Assembly: GCA_965263035.1 (NCBI GenBank)
Contig: OZ253580.1
Span: 5,056,001 to 5,120,000, forward strand
From: Acidobacteriota bacterium
Lineage (GTDB): Bacteria > Acidobacteriota > UBA6911 > RPQK01 > JAJDTT01
DNA length: 64,000 nt
Direction: 5' to 3'
The notes under the pieces were generated by a model, which did not search any database, was not told where the DNA came from, and worked only from the letters and a program-made list of their open reading frames with translations. Shown in pieces: positions 20,512 through 28,679 of this stretch (position 1 is its first letter; every line of letters begins with the position of its first letter). The translations under genes and the position numbers were made by a program.

Positions 20512-21411
20512 ATGACCCGAACTCGGAAAATAATCCGGAACCGGTTCTTCTGGATCCTGATCATATTGATCCTGTCCTTTCGGAGCCTGTTCTTGGTGAA
20601 CGAACAGGAGATGGTCCTGGTCACCCAGTTCGGCCGGCCTGTCGCCCAATACAAGGATGCGGGGCCCCGCCTCAAATGGTTCTTCCAGGGGCTTACACGC
20701 ATCGACAAACGTCTCCACCTGTACAATCCGCGGCCCTCCGAATATCTGACCCGGGACAAGAAGAATCTCCTGGTGGAGACCTACGTGATCTGGCAGGTGG
20801 AGGATCCGCTCCAATATCTGCGGACCGTCGGAGATCGCTCCGGTGCCGAAATGCGCTTGCACGACATCGTGTGGTCGTCGGTCTCCGCCGATCTGGGCCG
20901 GACCGAGCTTTCCGAATTGGTGGCTACGGACCCGGACCAGGTTCGCCTGGAGCCCTTGATGGAGAAGCTCACACACGAGTGCGATGAGACCTCCCGCCAA
21001 CGTTATGGAATTCGGATCGCGTCCGTGGACGTGAAGCGGATCAATCTGCCCACCCAGAACCGAGAGAGCGTCTATGCCCGGATGCGGGCCGAGCGGGACC
21101 GCATCGCCAAGAAATATCGAGCCGAAGGGGAGGAGGAGGCCCGCAAGATCCGGGCCGAGGCGGACCGCCAAGCCGAGGAGCTGCTGTCGGCGGCCTACAA
21201 GCAGACGGAGATCATCCGGGGCGAGGCGGACGCCCAAGCCACCCGGATCTACGGAAGGGCCTATTCCCGGGACCCCGAGTTCTACCAGATGGTACGGACG
21301 CTGGAAGCATACCAACGAATCCTGGACGACAAGACCACCGCGGTCCTCTCAGCGGACTCCGAGTTGCTCAAGCTGCTGACCAAGGGGAGAAACGGAAAGT
21401 TTGCCCGGTGA
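20512..21411 (+). CDS. hflC: HflC-like SPFH protein
   Basis: VTQFGRP, YLTRDKKNLLV, DVKRINLP, VYARMRAERDRIAKKYRAEG, DPEFYQMVRTLEAY. Confidence 0.88.
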   Translation: MTRTRKIIRNRFFWILIILILSFRSLFLVNEQEMVLVTQFGRPVAQYKDAGPRLKWFFQGLTRIDKRLHLYNPRPSEYLTRDKKNLLVETYVIWQVEDPLQYLRTVGDRSGAEMRLHDIVWSSVSADLGRTELSELVATDPDQVRLEPLMEKLTHECDETSRQRYGIRIASVDVKRINLPTQNRESVYARMRAERDRIAKKYRAEGEEEARKIRAEADRQAEELLSAAYKQTEIIRGEADAQATRIYGRAYSRDPEFYQMVRTLEAYQRILDDKTTAVLSADSELLKLLTKGRNGKFAR

Positions 21412-22331
21412 ATAACTGGTTGCGAGAAAATGTCCTGCTGCTGCTGGCGGTGCTCATCGCCCTGTATCTGGCTTCCGGGATCTACTATGTCCCCGCAGAT
21501 CAGCAGGCGGTCACGGTGCGCCTGGGCCGGCTTATTCCGGAGCGGATCCAACCGGGTCTCCAGTATGCCTGGCCCTATCCGCTGGAGCAGGTGATCCTCT
21601 TGAAGACCAGCGAAGCCCAGCGACTCACCATCGGGGGCACCGATCTGGACCGGGCGTTGGGTGTACGGGCCCTGGTGGAGGACGACTCGCTTCTGAGCGG
21701 TGACCAGAACCTGGTCCACTTCCGCGCTTCCATTCAGTACTTCATCCAGGATGCGGGCCCCTATCTGTTCCGGTCTCGGAGTCTTTTCCGGGTTCTGGAA
21801 GCTCTTCTCTACCGGACCCTCTCCCGAGCCGTTTCCGTCCGGGGGGTCGACGACGTGCTCACCACAGGCCGGATCGAGATTCAGAATCGGGTCCGGGAAG
21901 ATCTGCAACGGGAGTCGGACCGGTTGGATTTAGGCGTGGCCGTGACTGGCGTGGCCCTGGAACAGGTCCTTCCACCCCAACAGGTTCGAGACGCGTTTCT
22001 GGAGGTGGCCAACGCCAGGGAGGACCGGAACCGGATCGTGCAGGAGGCGAGGGGCTACTCCAGCGAGCTGCTGCCCAGGACCCGGGGCCAGGCGCAGGAA
22101 AACCTCCAGCAGGCTCGCATCTATGGACGTGAAGTGGTGGACCGGGCCCAAGGCGAGTCCCAGCATTTCCTGAGCCTGTGGGGAGAGTACCGGCGCCATC
22201 CCACCGTCACCACGGTCCGGCTCTTTCTGGAGGCCATGGAGGAGATCCTCCCGCGCACCCGCAAGATCATTCTGGACGACGCGGGAAGCAAACAGGGTCT
22301 GGACCTGGATATCTTCGCCCTGGAGGAGTGA
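21408..22331 (+). CDS. hflK: HflK-like SPFH protein
   Basis: PGLQYAWPYP, LLSGDQNLV, VLPPQQVRDAFLEV, TRGQA, VTTVRLFLEAMEEIL; GTGA overlap with hflC. Confidence 0.85.
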   Translation: MNNWLRENVLLLLAVLIALYLASGIYYVPADQQAVTVRLGRLIPERIQPGLQYAWPYPLEQVILLKTSEAQRLTIGGTDLDRALGVRALVEDDSLLSGDQNLVHFRASIQYFIQDAGPYLFRSRSLFRVLEALLYRTLSRAVSVRGVDDVLTTGRIEIQNRVREDLQRESDRLDLGVAVTGVALEQVLPPQQVRDAFLEVANAREDRNRIVQEARGYSSELLPRTRGQAQENLQQARIYGREVVDRAQGESQHFLSLWGEYRRHPTVTTVRLFLEAMEEILPRTRKIILDDAGSKQGLDLDIFALEE

Positions 22332-22367
22332 CGGAAGCCGGCGAGGGGGAACTTCGGGTAAACGGAG

Positions 22368-22841
22368 ATGGAACCGAGAAAATGGGTCTCCCTGCTGGCG
22401 ATCCTGGGCTGCTTCCTCTATTTCGCCTCCCGCGATCCGCCCATCAGGGAAACAGGAAGGGAAGAGAGTCCCGACGACGTCCTGATCGCCATGGTCCAGG
22501 CCATGGAGCGCGGTGACGTGCAAGCGCTCCAGGAGTGCTTCGGGGGAGACTTGAGGCGGCGCCTCGAGAACCTGTTGGCGCGGGAATCAGGACCCCGGCT
22601 GGGCGAGTGGCTCCGGAGACGGGGAGCCGCAGTCAAGGGGCTCGCCATTCTGGACCAGGAGGAGCTGGGTCCGGATCAGGTCCGGGTCCTGACCGAGACG
22701 GTCTACAACGACCGCAACACCCGGCAGTCCTTCCGGTTGGAGCGGGAGAACGGATCCTGGAGGGTGACCCAGAGCGATTTCGAGATGGTCAGCGACTGGG
22801 AAAACGATTTTGGGAAGTCGATTCGCGATGTGGAGCGTTAG
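22368..22841 (+). CDS. Small membrane-anchored protein with a possible NTF2-like fold
   Basis: N-terminal hydrophobic helix, helical core, C-terminal FRLERENGSWRV strand motif; last gene of the operon. Confidence 0.6.
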   Translation: MEPRKWVSLLAILGCFLYFASRDPPIRETGREESPDDVLIAMVQAMERGDVQALQECFGGDLRRRLENLLARESGPRLGEWLRRRGAAVKGLAILDQEELGPDQVRVLTETVYNDRNTRQSFRLERENGSWRVTQSDFEMVSDWENDFGKSIRDVER

Positions 22842-23001
22842 TGACTCTGGAGAGTCAGCAGTGGGAGCATCTCGCGCCGCCGTCGGCTCAATAATGCGTG
22901 GTGTTGGAATCCATTCCGGATCGGCCACGATTGTCCTACCGTGGGGGACGCCTCGTGAGCCTTAGCGATGTGAACTCTTCGTACCTTGATTAGCGCTCGA
23001 C

Positions 23002-25455
23002 GTGCGAGATCTTCTCAAGAAACACTTCGGCTTTGACAATTTTCTGCCCCTCCAGGAGGAGATCGTCTCGAGTGTCCTGGATGGGCAGGACACGTTGGTG
23101 CTCATGCCGACGGGCGGGGGCAAGTCCCTCTGCTATCAGCTTCCCGCGTTGCGACTGGACGGGTTGACGTTGGTGATCTCGCCCTTGATCGCCCTCATGA
23201 AGGACCAGGTGGATGCCCTGAAGGCCAACGGCATCGCCGCGGGTTTCATCAACAGCGCCCTTACCCGGAGCGAGATCAGTCGGGTTGAGAAACAGGTCCG
23301 GCGAGGCTCCCTCAAGATCCTGTACGTCGCCCCCGAAAGATTGGCCCTACCTCAATTCAGGGACTTTTTGAAACCTCTGAGGATCGGCCTCGTAGCCGTG
23401 GACGAGGCCCACTGTATCTCCGAGTGGGGTCACGACTTCCGGCCGGATTACCGCCGCCTCGGCAACCTGCGTCGCGATCTGTCCGGAGTTCCCTTCATTG
23501 CCTTGACCGCCACTGCCACCAAACGGGTCCGCTGGGACATCGCGCAGCAGCTCGGACTGAAACAGCCTGCAAGATTCATTGCCAGCTTCAACCGCGCCAA
23601 CCTCAACTACGCGGTGCGGCCGAAACGAAATGCCTTCGACGGACTTGTGGAATTGCTGGAGAAATACGATGGGGAGTCCGCTATCGTGTACTGCTTCTCC
23701 CGCAAAGGGACTGAGGAAGTGGCGGCGAGTCTACGCGATGATGGTTTCAAGGCACAGCCCTACCATGCCGGGCTCGAGAGTCAAGTGCGGCGGGAGACGC
23801 AAGACAAGTTCATCAAGGATGAGGTGCCCATCATCGTGGCCACCATCGCCTTTGGCATGGGCATCGACAAGTCGAACATCCGTCTGGTGGTCCACTACGA
23901 CCTGCCCAAGTCCTTGGAGAGCTACTACCAGGAGACCGGCCGGGCTGGACGCGACGGTCTCTCCAGCGACTGCGTCCTCTTCTACACCTACGGCGACAAG
24001 GTGAAACAGGATTATTTCATCGACCAGATCGAAGACGAGATCGAACGGCGCCGATCGCGGGACAAGCTGGCAAAGGTAGTCGGGTTCTGCGAGTTGCAGA
24101 GTTGCCGCAGGAGCTACCTGCTGCGCTACTTCGGCGAAGCTTGGGAGCAGGAAGATTGCCAAGCCTGCGACGTCTGTCTCACGCCCCGGGAGGAGTTCGA
24201 TGCCACGGAGATCGCCCAGAAGATCCTGTCGGCGGTGGTGCGTACGGGCGAGCGGTTCGGTGCTGGCCACGTCATTCGGGTGCTACGGGGATCCGGAGCC
24301 AAACGGATCAAGGAACTGGGACACGACCGTCTCAGTGTCTACGGAATTGTTGACGATTTTCCCGAGGTCGAACTCATTGAGGTTTCCAGGCAGTTGGTGA
24401 CCAGGGGTCTTCTGTTCAACAACGGACGCGATTACCCGACGTTGGGGATCACGCCGGGCGGGTGGAAGTTCCTGAAAAAACGGGAAAAGCTGACCCTTTC
24501 CAGGCCCCAGAGCCAGGAGGACCGCACGGACTCCCCGGACCGGAGGACTCGGGAATACGACCGCACCCTCTTCGAGAAGCTACGCGGACTGCGCGGCCGG
24601 ATTGCCACCCGGCTGGGCGTGCCGCCCTATGTCGTATTCAGCGACGCGACGCTCCAGCAGATGGCGCAGTGGATTCCCCAGAGCCGCGAGACCCTGTCAC
24701 GCATTTCCGGCGTGGGCTCCGCGAAACTGGAACAGTTGGGCGGTGAGTTCCTCGAGGCCATTCGGTCTCACGCCCGTGAACACGGTCTGGAGGACCGCAC
24801 GCCTCCATCCCGAAATCGCGACGCGAGCGGCGGATCAAAGCGTGGAGACAAAAACGGAAAACCGGCCTACAGCGTCGATGAGATCCGTCAAGAACACGCC
24901 CGAGCCTATGAGAAGTGGTCTCCGGAAGAAGACGAGGAGCTGGTTCGGAAACATGGCACGGGAACGAATGTTTCGGATCTGGCCGAAGATTTCGGGAGAC
25001 GGCCCAGCGCGATCCGGTCCCGCTTGAAAAATCTCGGTCTCAGGAAGCCCGGCACCAAGGACCGAAGTCCCACCTACGATCAGACGGGGCGGCTGTTTCG
25101 CCAGGGACTGTCCATCGAGGAGGTGGCGCGGCGGCGCGGCCTGACGCAGGGCACGATCGTCAGCCACCTGGAGTTTCTGGCAACGGCCGGCGAGCAACTC
25201 GACCTGGACCGGCACCTGCCGCCGGCGGAGAGCACGGAGAAGATCGTTGCGGCCTTCCGGGAATTGAGCAACTTGTACACGGCCCTGAAACCGGTCAAGG
25301 AGATGGTTGGAGAGGATTGTTCCTACGAGGAAATAAGATTGGTGCGAATCTTCTTGCGGCAGCAAGGTTCATTGGCGGCCACTGACGAAGGGACGGGGCG
25401 CGAGGGGGCGGCGCTGGTTGATCCTGAATCGCGGGACGATCGCCCTGAACGGTGA
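23002..25455 (+). CDS. recQ: DNA helicase RecQ
   Basis: MPTGGGKSLCYQLP, DEAHCISEWGHDFRP, QETGRAGRDG, Zn-binding cysteines, RQC, HRDC, C-terminal HTH. Confidence 0.95.
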   Translation: MRDLLKKHFGFDNFLPLQEEIVSSVLDGQDTLVLMPTGGGKSLCYQLPALRLDGLTLVISPLIALMKDQVDALKANGIAAGFINSALTRSEISRVEKQVRRGSLKILYVAPERLALPQFRDFLKPLRIGLVAVDEAHCISEWGHDFRPDYRRLGNLRRDLSGVPFIALTATATKRVRWDIAQQLGLKQPARFIASFNRANLNYAVRPKRNAFDGLVELLEKYDGESAIVYCFSRKGTEEVAASLRDDGFKAQPYHAGLESQVRRETQDKFIKDEVPIIVATIAFGMGIDKSNIRLVVHYDLPKSLESYYQETGRAGRDGLSSDCVLFYTYGDKVKQDYFIDQIEDEIERRRSRDKLAKVVGFCELQSCRRSYLLRYFGEAWEQEDCQACDVCLTPREEFDATEIAQKILSAVVRTGERFGAGHVIRVLRGSGAKRIKELGHDRLSVYGIVDDFPEVELIEVSRQLVTRGLLFNNGRDYPTLGITPGGWKFLKKREKLTLSRPQSQEDRTDSPDRRTREYDRTLFEKLRGLRGRIATRLGVPPYVVFSDATLQQMAQWIPQSRETLSRISGVGSAKLEQLGGEFLEAIRSHAREHGLEDRTPPSRNRDASGGSKRGDKNGKPAYSVDEIRQEHARAYEKWSPEEDEELVRKHGTGTNVSDLAEDFGRRPSAIRSRLKNLGLRKPGTKDRSPTYDQTGRLFRQGLSIEEVARRRGLTQGTIVSHLEFLATAGEQLDLDRHLPPAESTEKIVAAFRELSNLYTALKPVKEMVGEDCSYEEIRLVRIFLRQQGSLAATDEGTGREGAALVDPESRDDRPER

Positions 25456-25465
25456 ACTGACACGG

Positions 25466-27979
25466 ATGTGGAAGTACTTCCTGCACCTGGCTGCGCTCGC
25501 CAGTCTGTCGCTGGCTCAACCGATCTTTGATCTCCTCTCTCAATTCCCCCAGTTTCTCGTCGCGCATCACGCCGGACTCTTGGAGGTGCTGCTGCTCGTC
25601 CTCCTCCTGACCCTCCTCGTGCCGGGATCGGTGGTGGCCTTGGAATCATTCCAGGACCGGATCATGGGCGCCCGTTACAGGCTTCCAGGCACGGGTATCG
25701 CTCTGTTTGTATTTCCTCTCGCCCTGCTCATCCTGAAACTCCTCGAAGGGATTCCGGGAACGCTGCTGGTCGGCGCTGCAGTGCTGCTGGCGTGGCTCAG
25801 TCGCCGCGCCTATCTTCGTATTCGGCCTGTTCGGGTGTACCTGACGATTCTGTCGCCGGCGATTCTCATCGTGCCGATCCTGTTCCTGACCGGACCCTCG
25901 GTTCAAAGAATCATCACTCCCGCCAAGCCGCAGGGCGTCGCGCTCGCGAATGGACAGACAGATACCCCGATCGTCATGGTTGTCTTCGACGAACTGCCCC
26001 TTCGATCTCTCCTTGATCGCCGGGGTGCCATCGATTCGGTACGTTTTCCCAATTTCGCCGATCTGGCCGGTCGAGCCAACTGGTACCGGCGCACGACCTC
26101 CGTTTCCTACTCTACCCAATACGCTTTACCGGCCATCCTGACCGGAAATCTCCCGCAGGCAGACCATTCGTTTCTCCCTACCCTGGCCCACTATCCGGAC
26201 AATCTCTTCACTTGGCTTCGAAACTCTCACCGGCTCAATATTTCCGAGTCGATCACTCACCTCTGCCCCGACTGTCCGGAGTCCAAACCCGATCACCTGC
26301 GAAGAGCGTTTCGGCTGCTGGTGGATCTCCCGGTGATTTATCTTCATCTCGTTCTGCCCGAGGATCTCACGACGGGGTTGCCCGACATCCGTTATGGCTG
26401 GACCGTGCCGAATCAGCAGAGATGGCGGTTGGGCCACCCCGTCCGACAGTTCGAAGCCTTTTTGGAGTCTCTTCCGGAAAAGGGCGAGCCCAGTCTGAAT
26501 TTCATCCATGTGCAGATTCCTCATCTGCCCTGGATCTACCTTCCTTCGGGTAAGCGCTATCTATCGGGAGGGGACATGAGCTTGTTCACGAAGAGGGATA
26601 TCTGGACCCGAGACGAAACGCTGGTGACGCTGGCGTTCCAGCGCCATCTGCTACAGGTAGGTTTGGCCGACCGGCTCCTGGGCCAGCTGCTCCGGAAGCT
26701 GAAAGTTGAACGTCTCTACGACCGGAGCCTTATTATCGTCGTATCGGACCATGGAGTCGATTTCCAGCCCGGTGGGAACCGGAGAAAAATAACCGAGGCC
26801 AACTTCAAGGACCTTCTGACGGTGCCGCTTCTGATCAAAACTCCTTATCAGAAACTGGGCCGGGTATCGGATCGGCCCACACGCACCACCGACATCTTCC
26901 CCAGCATTGCCGAGATCCTGCGAGTTCCGACGCCGTGGCCGACCGATGGAATCTCGGTCAACGAAACTGCGATGACCAAGGAAAGAGATCAGGCGCCGAC
27001 TTCCCTCATCACGGTTCCTCCGTCCAAGTTTCTACATTATCGAACGACCGTTTGTTTGGAAGGAATGACGTTCGAAGTAAGGCAGGACGGGGCTTGGGCC
27101 CATTTGGGGCAAGTGATAGAACGCGGAGACAAGATCATTTTTTGGGGCTGGGCGGCAGACATGGAGACCTTGGAACCGGCCGAATCCATCCTAGTGTTCG
27201 TCAATGATGAACTGATCTTCCAAGGGATGACCCGGCACCCACGGCCGGATGTGGCCAAGTCCTTCAAAGCAGCGGAGCTGGAGGATTCCGGATTCTATCT
27301 CGAGCTTGGCCGGGACCTCTTCCAGGGAAGCCCGACAGTGCGTTGCTTTGCCGTTCTTGGGGATCGAATCCGCGAGGTGCAATATCCGCTCAGTTTCCCA
27401 TGGCCTATAGAACCGAAGCCGAATCGGGAAGAAACTCACTCCTCCAATTTCGATGGGACCTGTTGCATCGATCAGAAGCCGGCGCATTCTTTTCTGATCA
27501 CTCGCTCGCTGAGCCCGGAGACCCTGCGGGAAAGCCCTGGTTCCAGTGAATTTGAGACGGGTCTTCGCGAACTGGCCTGGGATTCGGGTCCGGACGGCGT
27601 GTTTACAATGGGCCCTGCTGACTCACTGCTCGGGAAGCCGCTGGATCAGTTGCGTGTGACCGTACGGACGGGACTGAGAATCGAATTGGATCAGCCCTCA
27701 CTCTACGAGAGGGTTCGACTCGATGATGACTTCATTCCGGCGGCGATCGAAGGTTGGGTCTCGGCAACGGATGCCAAATATGTGGCTATTGGCTTAAACG
27801 GAACTCTCAGGGCCGTTGCCCCGACGTTCGAGGGTCCCGACGGCCGGCATCGTTTCCAGGCTATCGTGCCGGAATCCGCCTTTCTGAATGGCGCCAACCG
27901 GGTTCGGATGTACGTGGTGGTACAGAAGGAGGGGAAAGTGGTACTGCTTTCCCCTCCCGAGAGCCGCGAGGCACTTTAA
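25466..27979 (+). CDS. Membrane-anchored sulfatase/LTA-synthase-like (alkaline phosphatase superfamily) protein
   Basis: About five N-terminal TM helices, VVFDELP, STQYALPAILTG, PHLPW, VVSDHG. Confidence 0.7.
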   Translation: MWKYFLHLAALASLSLAQPIFDLLSQFPQFLVAHHAGLLEVLLLVLLLTLLVPGSVVALESFQDRIMGARYRLPGTGIALFVFPLALLILKLLEGIPGTLLVGAAVLLAWLSRRAYLRIRPVRVYLTILSPAILIVPILFLTGPSVQRIITPAKPQGVALANGQTDTPIVMVVFDELPLRSLLDRRGAIDSVRFPNFADLAGRANWYRRTTSVSYSTQYALPAILTGNLPQADHSFLPTLAHYPDNLFTWLRNSHRLNISESITHLCPDCPESKPDHLRRAFRLLVDLPVIYLHLVLPEDLTTGLPDIRYGWTVPNQQRWRLGHPVRQFEAFLESLPEKGEPSLNFIHVQIPHLPWIYLPSGKRYLSGGDMSLFTKRDIWTRDETLVTLAFQRHLLQVGLADRLLGQLLRKLKVERLYDRSLIIVVSDHGVDFQPGGNRRKITEANFKDLLTVPLLIKTPYQKLGRVSDRPTRTTDIFPSIAEILRVPTPWPTDGISVNETAMTKERDQAPTSLITVPPSKFLHYRTTVCLEGMTFEVRQDGAWAHLGQVIERGDKIIFWGWAADMETLEPAESILVFVNDELIFQGMTRHPRPDVAKSFKAAELEDSGFYLELGRDLFQGSPTVRCFAVLGDRIREVQYPLSFPWPIEPKPNREETHSSNFDGTCCIDQKPAHSFLITRSLSPETLRESPGSSEFETGLRELAWDSGPDGVFTMGPADSLLGKPLDQLRVTVRTGLRIELDQPSLYERVRLDDDFIPAAIEGWVSATDAKYVAIGLNGTLRAVAPTFEGPDGRHRFQAIVPESAFLNGANRVRMYVVVQKEGKVVLLSPPESREAL

Positions 27980-28024
27980 TCCGGTGTGGAAGTGGCGACC
28001 GGCGAGACAATCTGGGTGTCGAAC

Positions 28025-28519
28025 ATGAAATCCAAAAAGATTCTTTACCTGGCCAATCCGTACGGCTTTTCCCGGCAACTGCAAGAAGGCCCGCTGGCCG
28101 GTCTGGTGGCTGCGCTGGAAGGGATCGGCGCCGAGGTGTGGGAGCCGTTTGCCCGCAACAACCAGATTGACCAATCGAATTCGGGTTGGGCCTACCGGAT
28201 CGGTCAGGCCGATGTCCGAGACGTGAGGGAGGCCGATGGCATCTTCGCCGTGGTCAACGGCTGCCCCCCGGATGAGGGGGTGATGGTGGAACTGGGACTG
28301 GCCATCGCTTGGCAGAAGCCGGTGTTCCTGTTCCGGGACGACTTCCGCCGATGCACCGACAGCGAGACTTACCCTCTCAACCTGATGTTGTTCGCGGGCC
28401 TGCCGGAGACGGGCTGGGAGCACTACTGGTACGAGTCCATTGAAGAAATCGCCGATCCAGGCAAGGCGTTGGTCCAGTGGCTGGAGGGAGTAGAATTTCC
28501 TCCGCCAGCAGCGCGTTGA
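28025..28519 (+). CDS. Nucleoside 2-deoxyribosyltransferase family protein
   Basis: LYLANPYGF, DVRDVREAD, PDEGVMVELG, NLML. Confidence 0.85.
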   Translation: MKSKKILYLANPYGFSRQLQEGPLAGLVAALEGIGAEVWEPFARNNQIDQSNSGWAYRIGQADVRDVREADGIFAVVNGCPPDEGVMVELGLAIAWQKPVFLFRDDFRRCTDSETYPLNLMLFAGLPETGWEHYWYESIEEIADPGKALVQWLEGVEFPPPAAR

Positions 28520-28568
28520 GCCGCGATGGCGGTGGGGCGCCGGCTCCTGGCAAGTGGGGGACTCGGTG

Positions 28569-28628
28569 GGGGGACTTCCAGTCCCCCTTACCCCCCCCTT
28601 ATCGGCGACTGGAAAGTCGCCGCTCCCA
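28569..28628. repeat. REP-like palindrome pair between convergent genes
   Basis: GGGGGACT-TCC-AGTCCCCC and CGGCGACT-GGAA-AGTCGCCG-CTCC. Confidence 0.55.
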
Positions 28629-28679
28629 AGCAGAGAAAGAACCGCCGGACGCACTCGTATTCCATGAGAGGAGCTTGGA

